The notes beneath the pieces are model-generated. The model saw nothing but the letters and a program-made list of their open reading frames with translations. It searched no databases and was not told where the DNA came from. This document shows positions 1 through 8,637 of a stretch of 60,008 bases of DNA, piece by piece. This DNA comes from a virus (lineage: Duplodnaviria; Caudoviricetes), in IMG/VR virus record IMGVR_UViG_3300027874_000001, positions 1-60,008 of that record. The stretch is one strand, 5' to 3'. A program made the position numbers and the translations under genes. Every line of letters starts with the position of its first letter. Positions within the stretch are counted from its first letter, which is position 1.

Positions 1-99
1 CTAACCGCCAGACCAAGGCTCAGCTGGTGAAGCTGCTTCTCGGCAGCGAGCCCAAGGCTGCGAAGCGCAGCCGCAAGGCCACCAAGAAGTAGGCCAAGC
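1..99. repeat. 99-bp direct repeat identical to 59910-60008 (circular-assembly overlap)
   Basis: Bases 1-99 (ctaaccgcca...aggccaagc) match 59910-60008 exactly and lie inside the 3' end of CDS 59375-60001. Confidence 0.95.
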
Positions 100-101
100 G
101 T

Positions 102-143
102 AGAAGTAGGCCCCTGCCCAGCCAGGGTGGGGGCCTTCTTCTT
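102..143 (+). terminator. Probable intrinsic terminator after the 59375-60001 gene (read across the circular junction)
   Basis: Stem AGGCCCCTGCCC/GGGTGGGGGCCT with two G-U pairs, followed by TCTTCTT, 10-50 nt after the TAG at 90-92. Confidence 0.6.
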
Positions 144-900
144 ACCCCTGGGGTAGAACCCGCCGTCTGATTACCTAGCCCCGAACCCCTACCCTTCCAT
201 ACCCCACCCTTCCTTACCCCCACCCTGGTACCCCGAACGTTCCTCCCTACAGTTCAGTACAGCGAACGTTCTATCAAGCCGTCTGAATAAAGGAAGGTTC
301 GTATATACCGAGGCTTCTATAATAGGGAACGTTCATATAAGGGCGGGCGATCGGACCGTCTGAATAGGAACGTTCGTATATACGGGGGCTCGTATATAGG
401 GGCTCATATATAGGGGCTCGTATATAGAGCGTTCTATATAGGGCTACGTATAGAGGCGTACCTATAGAGCGTAGTAGTAGAGCGTTCGCTATAGGGCTGA
501 GCCTATAGGTAGAGGGCTGAGGGTAGAGGGGTAAGGGTAGAGCCCTATATGTAGAAGGGTATATGTATGAGGGTAAGGCTCTGTGTATGTGATCGTTCGT
601 GTTGGTATGCGAAGCTGTAATGCGAGAATTAATATTGATTAATCATTATTGTTCTCGTGTTACTGAAGCTTCATTGTTCTTGTGTATGTGAAGGTTCGTT
701 GCCAGTATGGAAGGCTGGGATCGGGCCGTCTGATTTGTGCGGGAGGGTGGTACTATCTCGCTGCGCCGCTAAATGCGAGGGGGTGCCCCCAGAACGGGCG
801 GGGCGGCGGCGGTCCCACCCCTTCCATATATTTCTCCCTACACTCCCTTAGCACACCCCTTAGAACCAACACGAACCCCACCCGCCGGGTAGACTACCTA
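144..900. repeat. Non-coding repeat-rich region; candidate replication origin or genome-end/packaging region
   Basis: CCGTCTGA at 163, 279, 356 and 726; GAACGTTC at 235, 264, 327 and 368; a degenerate ~14-16 nt GG..CTCRTATA(TA) array at ~290-510; an AT-rich patch at 627-653; no credible ORF. Confidence 0.6.
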
Positions 901-955
901 CGTAGTACCGCTTCAGCCAGAAGTGAATTCCAACCTAGAGATCCAAGGAGGATCA

Positions 956-1177
956 ATGCCTAGGAGAAACAACCGCCAGAAGGGTGCACGCATCCCGAGC
1001 GCCCGTATTTACAGCTCCGCTTGGGGCTCGGATGGCGAGCTTCATCCCGTCAACCGGAACAAGAAGGTCAAGTGGCCCACGGAGACCCGCACGCTCATCC
1101 ACCCGCACGGGCGGCTCACCCGTAGCGTGCTCAGCCCACAGGAAGCTAAGAAGCTCAAGCAGCAGCTAGGAGGTTAG
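956..1177 (+). CDS. Small basic early hypothetical protein
   Basis: AAGGAGG RBS before ATG 956; R/K-rich, 73 aa. Confidence 0.7.
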   Translation: MPRRNNRQKGARIPSARIYSSAWGSDGELHPVNRNKKVKWPTETRTLIHPHGRLTRSVLSPQEAKKLKQQLGG

Positions 1178-1183
1178 TACCAG

Positions 1184-1600
1184 ATGCAAGTTCCAGAAAT
1201 GCCACAGATCCCCAACCCACCCGAGCCCAACACGTTCTATCTCACGGCAGTTCGGCAGCCCAACCGGGAGCACGCCGATCTTGACTACACCGAAGTGGTG
1301 TACATCACAGAGGACGGTTCGGCGATCTACATGACCGATCCCGCCCGCTACGGTCCGGGAGAATGGCTCGAACCAGACCACCCCGTCGAAGGCAAGCCTC
1401 TCACCCCAGAAGAGGCCCGCCAGGAAGTCATCGCCTTCGCAGAGGGGATTGTCTACGGCTTGAAGGACGGCCAAGGGAGCCCAGGGCGGGTGTTCCTGCG
1501 CCTGAGCGAGGCCTACAATCCAGGAGGCGAGCTGCACCACGATACTGATGGCTACGACTTCGTGCCCCACCCCTACTACGGATCCAGCTACACGGAATAG
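1184..1600 (+). CDS. Hypothetical protein
   Basis: AGGAGG RBS; 138-aa ORF with phage-like codon use. Confidence 0.75.
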   Translation: MQVPEMPQIPNPPEPNTFYLTAVRQPNREHADLDYTEVVYITEDGSAIYMTDPARYGPGEWLEPDHPVEGKPLTPEEARQEVIAFAEGIVYGLKDGQGSPGRVFLRLSEAYNPGGELHHDTDGYDFVPHPYYGSSYTE

Positions 1601-1607
1601 GAGAACC

Positions 1608-1862
1608 ATGCCCATCAACTTCCGCTGTCCGATCCACGGATCGCAAGAGGGCGAATCCCCGTACCAAGAGCCCACACAGGAGGAACTGATCGAGGAACTC
1701 GTGGCCCATCTCAACGGTCACGAGCATCAGCCTCCCACTGTTGATCCGATGTGCGGCTACTGCTACGAAGAGTGGGAGGTGCGCTCACAAGGCCAAGAAT
1801 CCGTGAACCTGTACGACGACTACCTCAACAACCTGATCAAGGAGGAATGCCTGTGCGAATAG
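1608..1862 (+). CDS. Small Cys/His-containing hypothetical protein
   Basis: AGGAG RBS before ATG 1608; CPIH and CGYC motifs. Confidence 0.65.
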   Translation: MPINFRCPIHGSQEGESPYQEPTQEELIEELVAHLNGHEHQPPTVDPMCGYCYEEWEVRSQGQESVNLYDDYLNNLIKEECLCE

Positions 1863-2128
1863 GGCCACCCCACACAACAAGAACCAAGAAGGGCGGAACA
1901 CCGCTACCCATCAGCAACTCCACGTATCAGAATTGGGGCTGCCGCTGTAACGGATGCCTGCGAGCGAACCGCCGATACAGAGCTGACCTAAAGCGACGGA
2001 AGGAGATGTGCATAGAACTGCATTGCCGAGCCAACCGGCGAGAACACAAGTACGGGAGCCCAGGTTGTGATTGGGTTCTGATTGACGGAGGAGTGTATTC
2101 GAAGCATGAAGTTAGAACTGGACGATGA
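1853..2128 (+). CDS. Putative Zn-binding protein (STYxNWGCRCxxC type)
   Basis: GTG 1853 after AGGAGG; STYQNWGCRCNGCLRAN motif like small actinophage Zn-binding proteins. Confidence 0.6.
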   Translation: MRIGPPHTTRTKKGGTPLPISNSTYQNWGCRCNGCLRANRRYRADLKRRKEMCIELHCRANRREHKYGSPGCDWVLIDGGVYSKHEVRTGR

Positions 2129-2471
2129 CGAATTCCAATCGGAATGGTACCCAAGCTCTTTCGATCGGACCACGCCCGAGAACCAGTACCTCGCCCACTG
2201 CCGGCAGATCATCGGGCAGGACATGAAGGAGCAGATCGACACCCACACAGAAGGAGATCACATCTACACACTGATGCCCAATCCTTACACGATCCTCGAC
2301 CCCGCCTCTAACTCGGCAGAGGAAGAGATTCGTAGAGCCACCCATTCTCCCACGTGGAACTTGGACAGCCCGTTCACCGTGATCGGGATGTGGGAGGATG
2401 ACTTTGAATGCTGCGCCCCCATGGGCTACACCCGCAACGATCCCAGCCATCTGCTCGTCTTGTTTGAATAG
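2106..2471 (+). CDS. Hypothetical protein
   Basis: Acidic ORF with GGAGG upstream, in a contiguous + strand gene string. Confidence 0.65.
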   Translation: MKLELDDDEFQSEWYPSSFDRTTPENQYLAHCRQIIGQDMKEQIDTHTEGDHIYTLMPNPYTILDPASNSAEEEIRRATHSPTWNLDSPFTVIGMWEDDFECCAPMGYTRNDPSHLLVLFE

Positions 2472-2552
2472 ACAACAAGAACGAGTGAGAAGCCCCGCCA
2501 CCTAGTAGCCTACCAACAGGCAGGCCCAAAGAAGAGAACCAAGGAGGTTCCC

Positions 2553-2723
2553 ATGAATGAGAAGCAAGCCTTCGAAGCGGAGGAGGCCATCAGCCGGGGA
2601 GAACCCTGCCCCAGCTGCTTCGCCTACTGGATCAAGGCGCCAGAGGGCGCTGGCTACCACGCCCAGCTCACTCACAACGAGGGATGTGAGTTCTGGGCTT
2701 ACCGACAGAAGGAGGGACGTTGA
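2553..2723 (+). CDS. Small hypothetical protein (56 aa, CPSC...H...C); not in ORF track
   Basis: Manual translation MNEKQAFEAEEAISRGEPCPSCFAYW...KEGR*; strong AAGGAGG RBS. Confidence 0.7.
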   Translation: MNEKQAFEAEEAISRGEPCPSCFAYWIKAPEGAGYHAQLTHNEGCEFWAYRQKEGR

Positions 2724-2902
2724 CCACGCAAGAGGATCCGCCTGCGGGCTACATGATCGTCCACCATCGGGCCGCAGGATCTTCCAGCCTGTACTTCGGC
2801 CCCTTCGCCGGAAAGGCAGAGATCAAGGATTGGGCCGCAGCCCATCCGGACGTAACAGGAGCCATAGTTCCGCTGTACCGAACAGTAGATTGGAGTAGAT
2901 AA
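2720..2902 (+). CDS. Hypothetical protein
   Basis: TTG start overlapping the upstream TGA; AGGAGG RBS. Confidence 0.6.
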   Translation: MTTQEDPPAGYMIVHHRAAGSSSLYFGPFAGKAEIKDWAAAHPDVTGAIVPLYRTVDWSR

Positions 2903-2905
2903 GCA

Positions 2906-3202
2906 ATGGCTGATTGGCAAGGCAACGCCGAACCGGAGGAGTACGCCGACTCGAGGAACTACTGCGAACACGGCACGTTCGTCGGAAACTGGGCCACGGG
3001 TGATTACCTGTGCGGCTGGTGCGAAGACGGCACGCCGTGGGAGGAGTACCAGGCGTACTGCATCCACCAAGAGATCCACGCTCTTCGGCGCAATCTGCTG
3101 GCCACGGTGTTCACCGCTCTGAGCGACTGCACCATCGGCGGCACTCCGTACGAGGCCACGGCAGTAGGGATCTTCACCGGGCTGGCCTACAGCCTGCGCT
3201 GA
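2906..3202 (+). CDS. Hypothetical protein with CEH...CGWC motif
   Basis: ORF track; GGAG RBS. Confidence 0.7.
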   Translation: MADWQGNAEPEEYADSRNYCEHGTFVGNWATGDYLCGWCEDGTPWEEYQAYCIHQEIHALRRNLLATVFTALSDCTIGGTPYEATAVGIFTGLAYSLR

Positions 3203-3223
3203 CCCATAGAAGAAAGGAACACA

Positions 3224-3373
3224 TTGGAGGAAGAACCACTACAACAGCAAGAAGAGTACGAAGTGATTCGGGATCTGCCCATGGGCTGCCTGTACGCAGG
3301 CTTTGCGCTGATCTGCGTCACCATCGTCATTCTCATCATCTCCATAGTGCGGTTCAACCCGCTGCAACCCTAA
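3224..3373 (+). CDS. Small single-pass membrane protein (49 aa); not in ORF track
   Basis: TTG after AGAAAGGA; hydrophobic stretch LYAGFALICVTIVILIISIV. Confidence 0.6.
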   Translation: MEEEPLQQQEEYEVIRDLPMGCLYAGFALICVTIVILIISIVRFNPLQP

Positions 3374-3397
3374 CCACGAACCACGGAGGTTCACGCA

Positions 3398-3583
3398 ATG
3401 AGATACGACAGAGTTCAGCGATACCAGCAGCAAGCAGAAGACGCCACCAAGAAGGGCGGCGACCCCACCGTCGCCACCGTCTTCGCCTTGCTGGCCATCT
3501 CCGAGGCCATTCTCGTTACCGAAGCCGATAACGAGCTGACCGTCAATCTTGGCGGCAGAGTTGGCGTAGATGTGGACAAGTAG
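3398..3583 (+). CDS. Hypothetical protein
   Basis: GGAGG RBS; ORF track. Confidence 0.65.
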   Translation: MRYDRVQRYQQQAEDATKKGGDPTVATVFALLAISEAILVTEADNELTVNLGGRVGVDVDK

Positions 3584-3584
3584 C

Positions 3585-3806
3585 ATGACCAACTTCGGAG
3601 ATTTCAGTCTCAGCCTTACGGCAGATTGGTCCAAGATCAAGTGCCAGATGTGGAGCCACCACTATCATCCCACGCAGAACTTCACGGAGCACGTACAGTG
3701 CGGCTGGCATCACAACATTCGCACGCAAACCAGCCTAGACACCACTGTTCAGATTCTATTCCACGCCTGGGAAGATCATAAGAAGGAGAAACACGAGGAT
3801 GCGTAA
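3585..3806 (+). CDS. Hypothetical His/Cys-rich protein
   Basis: ATG directly after the upstream TAG; fills the gap in the gene string. Confidence 0.5.
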   Translation: MTNFGDFSLSLTADWSKIKCQMWSHHYHPTQNFTEHVQCGWHHNIRTQTSLDTTVQILFHAWEDHKKEKHEDA

Positions 3807-4140
3807 GATTGCGCTGTACGAGGACGGGGAAGAGACCATCTACCTCAACGCTCGCTGGGCCATATGCTCTCGCTGCCACGGCGATGGCACCCACGTGAAC
3901 CCGGCGGTGGATGGCAACGGCATCAGCCCGGAAGAATTCGCAGAGGATCCAGACTTCTTCGAGCAGTACATGGCGGGTTGGTACGATGTGCGCTGCGAGG
4001 AATGCGACGGCTCCGGTAAGATAGCGGAGCCAGATCCTCACAACAACCCGCCCGAACTGCTGGAAGCCTGGGAAGCATTCCAGAAAGACCTGGCGGAGAG
4101 CCGAGCCATCGAAGCACAGGAAAGGAGGATGGGTGCGTAG
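3799..4140 (+). CDS. Hypothetical protein with DnaJ-like CxxCxGxG motifs
   Basis: CSRCHGDG and CEECDGSG. Confidence 0.75.
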   Translation: MRKIALYEDGEETIYLNARWAICSRCHGDGTHVNPAVDGNGISPEEFAEDPDFFEQYMAGWYDVRCEECDGSGKIAEPDPHNNPPELLEAWEAFQKDLAESRAIEAQERRMGA

Positions 4141-4384
4141 AGACACCCTCAAGCGGCGCACACCGCACCCCAACATCAAGATGGACCCATGGCTTCACAC
4201 CCACTGGAGCGAGACTTTCTACCAACGAGCTCTACCGAGAACCAGCCCGTTCCGTCTGAAAGACATCGCCCAGCCCAGCGAGCGAGAGGTCGCCAAGCTC
4301 TGGCTCAAGACACTAGTAGAAAGGGGAGAGTTACGACGCAGAATTCGTGACCACGTCTCATGGTATTCATGGATAAACGACTAA
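4133..4384 (+). CDS. Hypothetical protein (possible winged helix)
   Basis: GTG after AGGAGG, overlapping the upstream stop. Confidence 0.55.
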   Translation: MRRDTLKRRTPHPNIKMDPWLHTHWSETFYQRALPRTSPFRLKDIAQPSEREVAKLWLKTLVERGELRRRIRDHVSWYSWIND

Positions 4385-4407
4385 CTGCACCCCGAAGGAG
4401 TGACAGC

Positions 4408-4656
4408 ATGATAGAAGGACAGAAGTACCACGTCATCACCAACCGCATCCCCGGTGTCTGGAACAAGCCTCGGGAGTTCCTGATGCCATTCGCTGGCTAT
4501 GGGCCGGGTGAAGGTAAGCACCAGATGATCTTCTTCAACGGCACGCCCGCAGGCGTGGGATCCAACCAATCCATCGAGCGTGGCTGGATTGCTAGAGCCT
4601 CCATCGCCAACCACGACGCCAAGTGCTTCCCGCCCAGGATCTACCGTGGCCCTTGA
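4408..4656 (+). CDS. Hypothetical protein
   Basis: AAGGAG RBS before ATG 4408. Confidence 0.65.
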   Translation: MIEGQKYHVITNRIPGVWNKPREFLMPFAGYGPGEGKHQMIFFNGTPAGVGSNQSIERGWIARASIANHDAKCFPPRIYRGP

Positions 4657-4993
4657 TGCCTGGGGTCTGCCTGGGTTCCTGTACATGTACCACTTCCGTC
4701 ATCGGCTAGGAGGAACAGGCCGCAACGGGGCAGAGCACTACGTAGGATTTGTGCTAGGGAACGACCCCCAGGCCGTCATCGATCGGCAGAAGGCGCACAA
4801 GATCGGCTCCGGCGCCAAGATAATGAAAGCGGCGTTCGACCAGGGGTGCGATCCTGTGCTCTGCCGAGTGTGGGTCGGTACTCGCAACGATGAAAGGAGG
4901 TTCAAACGGTCCGGTCACTTTGACCGAGCCTGTCCTGTATGCAAGAACGGTGGCGACACGCTACCCTTACTGGTAGGCAGTACTCAACCATGA
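4646..4993 (+). CDS. GIY-YIG-like nuclease
   Basis: FLYMYHF...HYVG...R..H..GSGAK...ERRFK...CPVC pattern typical of small phage GIY-YIG proteins. Confidence 0.6.
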   Translation: MALDAWGLPGFLYMYHFRHRLGGTGRNGAEHYVGFVLGNDPQAVIDRQKAHKIGSGAKIMKAAFDQGCDPVLCRVWVGTRNDERRFKRSGHFDRACPVCKNGGDTLPLLVGSTQP

Positions 4994-5008
4994 ACCAAGG
5001 AGGTTCAA

Positions 5009-5257
5009 ATGAAGTACGAATTCGACATCACCCTGACCCACGAGATGCTGGCTACCATGAGTCCGGAAGAGGGGAAGGTGTACGTCTTCGTCGAGCCCAC
5101 TCCGAAGATCATGGACTTCTTCAGCTTGGGCAAGCCGGATGAGGTAGACGGTCGGCGTTGCGTCAGCTTCTACTTGGAGCAGCAGGAAGCCGTCGATCAG
5201 TCGTTGCTGTTGACCAAGGTGGCGCTCCTGGCCCACCAGGGAGGAGGAGAAGGGTGA
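5009..5257 (+). CDS. Hypothetical protein
   Basis: AAGGAGG RBS. Confidence 0.7.
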   Translation: MKYEFDITLTHEMLATMSPEEGKVYVFVEPTPKIMDFFSLGKPDEVDGRRCVSFYLEQQEAVDQSLLLTKVALLAHQGGGEG

Positions 5258-5688
5258 AGCACGAACTGACAGCAAATCACAACGGGCACTGGGAGCCCGA
5301 GCGTGAGATCCCCGAGTTCATTCGGCAGGCGTTCGAGGCCAACCAGGAGCTCGACTCCATGGAGGTGATGATAGGAGAACAGGAGGGCCATTGGGTGGTG
5401 CATCGTGGCTCCGTCAAGCCCGCCATGGATCTGCTGAAGATGGACACGAGCTACATGAACCACTCCATGATCTTCAAGGCTCGGGACGTGGCGGAGGACC
5501 TGCGGGAAGAGAAGGCAGAGCCGGAGGACGCCGTCAATCAGTTGGGCGACCTGATCGTGGCGCTGGTGTTCGAGATGTACGCCTTCCACGAGCCCAACTC
5601 CACCAGCCCGTTGGATGTAGTGGGGGCGATCGCCGATAACGTCGAGGCTCTGGTCACCACCAAGCAAGCATTGGAGGCAACTACATGA
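5254..5688 (+). CDS. Hypothetical protein
   Basis: GTGA overlap with the upstream gene; GGAGG RBS. Confidence 0.7.
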   Translation: MKHELTANHNGHWEPEREIPEFIRQAFEANQELDSMEVMIGEQEGHWVVHRGSVKPAMDLLKMDTSYMNHSMIFKARDVAEDLREEKAEPEDAVNQLGDLIVALVFEMYAFHEPNSTSPLDVVGAIADNVEALVTTKQALEATT

Positions 5689-6047
5689 ACAAGGAAGACA
5701 GAAGGAAGGTAGTGCTGGAACTGATTGAGAACTCGGTCAGCATGCAACGGGAGATCGAGGCTTTGTACGCTCAGGCTGTGGAGATGGACAACTGGGACCT
5801 GGCGACGGCCTACGCCGCCAAGCTGCACGAAGGCACCGAGTTCCTGTTCGAGGCGTCCGGCCGCATGGCCTGGGCCGGTATGGTGGAGGAGGAGGTCCAG
5901 ATCCTGGGATTGGAGTTCGACCAGGAGGGCAATCCCTACGCCGTGAACATGGCCGTGTACGAAGCCCGAGATATGATCAACGAACGGTGCGCTCGGCAGC
6001 TTCTCAAGATCGACCAGCTCATGGCGGAGGCGGACAATGCCAGCTGA
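5685..6047 (+). CDS. Hypothetical protein
   Basis: ATGA overlap; GGAGG RBS. Confidence 0.7.
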   Translation: MNKEDRRKVVLELIENSVSMQREIEALYAQAVEMDNWDLATAYAAKLHEGTEFLFEASGRMAWAGMVEEEVQILGLEFDQEGNPYAVNMAVYEARDMINERCARQLLKIDQLMAEADNAS

Positions 6048-6390
6048 GATCGTACCGGCTTGGTTCTGCGCCGACTATTGGAGCGAGTTCGAGGTGATTG
6101 GCTCCACTGGTGACAAGTACATCGTGCACTGGTACGGAGCAGAGAGCCAACCTAGCTGCTTCAATGTGACGAAGCAGGAGTTCTGCAAGGGAATGCAGTA
6201 CACGGGCGAGTGCCGCCACGTCACCGCTACCTTCCGCAAGGGCTGTTTCTGGAATCCGCAGTGGTACGAAGGAGGAACAAGAGAGCTCAAGCCCGTCAGT
6301 AAGCCGCCGGATGCCCATAGGAATGCCAGGAAGAAGCTGTGGTGCCCCAAGTGCCATGGCCCCGTCGTGGGAGTGAGGATTGCAGTATGA
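6037..6390 (+). CDS. SWIM-like zinc-finger protein
   Basis: EVIGSTGDKYIV...SC...C......CRHV, plus C-terminal CPKC. Confidence 0.6.
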   Translation: MPAEIVPAWFCADYWSEFEVIGSTGDKYIVHWYGAESQPSCFNVTKQEFCKGMQYTGECRHVTATFRKGCFWNPQWYEGGTRELKPVSKPPDAHRNARKKLWCPKCHGPVVGVRIAV

Positions 6391-6656
6391 ACGAAGAGAA
6401 GTACGAAGAGATGATCACCGACATTGAGAAAGGAGTGAGTGATTGTCTAGAGGACAATCCGCAGATCAACAGCGACGATGTCTTTCACGACATAGCGGAA
6501 GGAGTATGCATCAGCAACTACACAGAGTTCCCAGCAGAAGTGAACGAGGTTTGGCGGCGTAACTTCGGAGAGACCTGGGACGAACGGCAGCGAGAGATCA
6601 GGGCAATGCAGATAGCCCTCGGAAGGGAGAACAATGGCCCAGTCGGATCTGAATGA
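6387..6656 (+). CDS. Hypothetical acidic protein
   Basis: ATGA overlap; GAGG RBS. Confidence 0.65.
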   Translation: MNEEKYEEMITDIEKGVSDCLEDNPQINSDDVFHDIAEGVCISNYTEFPAEVNEVWRRNFGETWDERQREIRAMQIALGRENNGPVGSE

Positions 6657-6870
6657 CTGTGTCCTCACCGACAAGCAGATCAGCACCATTCGCCGCCTGG
6701 TGCTACGAGAGCTGAGGGAGGTGGAACACCGCATCGCCAAGCGTACAACAGACCATCGCAACATCAAGGACAGCCAATGGCTCAAGGATCGGCAGGGTCA
6801 GATTGAGAACCTGCAATCGGTGCTGAGCGCCATTGAGCTGGAACCAACAAGAACTCCGGCTGCAGGGTAG
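6634..6870 (+). CDS. Hypothetical coiled-coil protein
   Basis: GGGAG RBS; ORF track. Confidence 0.6.
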   Translation: MAQSDLNDCVLTDKQISTIRRLVLRELREVEHRIAKRTTDHRNIKDSQWLKDRQGQIENLQSVLSAIELEPTRTPAAG

Positions 6871-6905
6871 ACTGGGGTGTCAGCACAACAAGAAAGGAAT
6901 GGTCG

Positions 6906-8063
6906 ATGAGCGACCAACAGACCAGTAGCCAACGCCGGGAAGATCTGCTGCGCCGAGTGCGAGGCCTGATCGATACGGCCGATAGCTACGAGGAAACCGG
7001 CAACAGTGAAGCCGCTCAGACATACCGCAACAAGGCAGATGAGTTGATGACCATCTACGCCATTGAGGAATTCGAGCTAGCTTTCAACACTGGTACGGAG
7101 CGGCAGAGGCCGGAGCTACGGACGTACGAGTATGGTGATGCGCCGTACGAGGTTCAGGATCAGCTCAGCAGCTTGTTCTACTCTCTGGCAGAGCACTGCC
7201 GAGTGAAGATCGGCTGGTGGGGGTGGCAGAAATCCAAGATCGTCGGCTATCCCGCCGATCTCGAGTACCTGGACGTTCTATTCACCAGTGTACGGATTCA
7301 CATGTCCTCCCAGGTCCGCCCGCATGCCTCCAAAGCACTGGGGTACGAGGAAAGCCTGGCGGTCCTGAAGGAGTCCGGCCAGAAGTGGGCCGACATCTAT
7401 CCGGCTTTGCTTCGCACCTTTCCAGAGAGGTTCGAGCGCACTCGCAGTGACCACAAGTCCAACAAGAAGTTGGTTCCTGGCTACAGCTACTGGCAGGAGA
7501 AGCAGGAATTCGTTCCGACAGACGAGGACTTCGAGAAGGACTACCGCTGGACGCAGGTCAATGAGAAGTGGTACCTGAAAGAGATGCCACGGCCCATTGG
7601 CGTTCGCTTCACCAAGGAGTACACGGAGTTCTGCAAGGACACGGATCGCAAGCGCATCTACAGCGACCCCAAGACCTACCTGCGTAGCTTCATTGATGGG
7701 TACGTGAGCGAGGTTCGTACTCGGCTGTGGAAGATGCAGAACGCAACCAGCGAGGCCACCACTGGTAAGGAGCTAGTCCTCAAGTCGATATTTGAGGACC
7801 TGATGGAGTTCTTCTATGAGAACTTCCCGGAGAAGCGACCTCATCCCGCCACTTGTGATTGTGATGTGTGCCATCGCTGTAATGATCCTAAGTGCCAGCG
7901 CCCCAACTGCGTCGCTCGCCGGAAGCCGGTACGCTATCGCAAGATACAAGAGCGAGCCTACAGCGCTGAAGGGGCCCAGCGAGGACGGCAAGCAGGAGCT
8001 AATGCCGATCTGACGGGGCGTGGCCGGGGTGTTGGAGGCTCCCGGCCCAAGGAGCTTGATTGA
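6906..8063 (+). CDS. DUF2786-like domain protein with Cys-rich insertion
   Basis: N-terminal LLRRVRGLIDTA...EAAQTYRNKADELMTIYAI resembles DUF2786; CDCDVCHRCNDPKCQRPNC near the C-terminus. Confidence 0.7.
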   Translation: MSDQQTSSQRREDLLRRVRGLIDTADSYEETGNSEAAQTYRNKADELMTIYAIEEFELAFNTGTERQRPELRTYEYGDAPYEVQDQLSSLFYSLAEHCRVKIGWWGWQKSKIVGYPADLEYLDVLFTSVRIHMSSQVRPHASKALGYEESLAVLKESGQKWADIYPALLRTFPERFERTRSDHKSNKKLVPGYSYWQEKQEFVPTDEDFEKDYRWTQVNEKWYLKEMPRPIGVRFTKEYTEFCKDTDRKRIYSDPKTYLRSFIDGYVSEVRTRLWKMQNATSEATTGKELVLKSIFEDLMEFFYENFPEKRPHPATCDCDVCHRCNDPKCQRPNCVARRKPVRYRKIQERAYSAEGAQRGRQAGANADLTGRGRGVGGSRPKELD

Positions 8064-8317
8064 CGGATACTAAGGCTGAAGCCGAGATGGCGCTACGGCA
8101 GGCGATCGTGCAGCACGCTCAGGCGTTTGAGGCTGACTACCCAGAAAGTCTTCTGAGTGAGTTCGCAGTGATTGCATGTTGGACGCCCATGAACGAATCA
8201 GACTCATGTGAATACAGCGTTCACTACCACACAGAAACAGTAGCGGAGCATGTGGCAGTGGGATTGTTCACTATGGGAGTGGACATTGCCATGGCTGACG
8301 ATGAGGAGGAAGAATGA
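8060..8317 (+). CDS. Hypothetical protein
   Basis: TTGA overlap; AAGGAG RBS. Confidence 0.65.
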   Translation: MTDTKAEAEMALRQAIVQHAQAFEADYPESLLSEFAVIACWTPMNESDSCEYSVHYHTETVAEHVAVGLFTMGVDIAMADDEEEE

Positions 8318-8637
8318 CAGAAATGAAGTACCAACAGATAGACATCACCGCACCAGAGTACGGGGTGCAGATCGACGTGAGAGAGGACAGCAAGGTCGTT
8401 TGGATCACGGTGGACGGAATGACAGTTCTGCGCATCTGTCAGATTCCGCACCTGGAACTGAGCCTGCCCGGTGCTAAGAACTGGGTGGTCAGCGAGAAGA
8501 CCAAGGCGTTGCAGAAGCTCTACGGGCTCTATCGGCAGTTGGAAGATCGCAAGGCGGAGATCGAGAACTGGGAAGACATCGCCACAGGCGAAGGTGCCAC
8601 GGAGGAGGAGATTGATGCCGTCAAGCACTCCCCGTAG
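8314..8637 (+). CDS. Hypothetical protein
   Basis: ATGA overlap; GGAGG RBS. Confidence 0.7.
   Translation: MTEMKYQQIDITAPEYGVQIDVREDSKVVWITVDGMTVLRICQIPHLELSLPGAKNWVVSEKTKALQKLYGLYRQLEDRKAEIENWEDIATGEGATEEEIDAVKHSP

Noticed and set aside
278-287. GCCGTCTGAA, identical to the Neisseria DNA uptake sequence
   Set aside because: There is one exact copy, local variants end in GAT, and it is not dispersed genome-wide. Gene content points to a high-GC Gram-positive host, so it is treated as a local repeat.
235-375. GAAC/GTTC half-sites as LexA SOS boxes
   Set aside because: The Gram-positive SOS box needs GAAC-N4-GTTC; the spacing here is 0 (and 7 in the RBS elements).
290-575. Repeat array as a CRISPR or mini-CRISPR
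   Set aside because: Units are short, degenerate and adjacent, with no constant repeat and unique spacers. The Cas4-like gene is a standard phage exonuclease.
1874-6894. ACAACAAGAA at 1874, 2472 and 6885 as a boxA-like signal
   Set aside because: One copy is inside a probable CDS and similar words arise from Asn-Lys-Lys codons; too weak to support.
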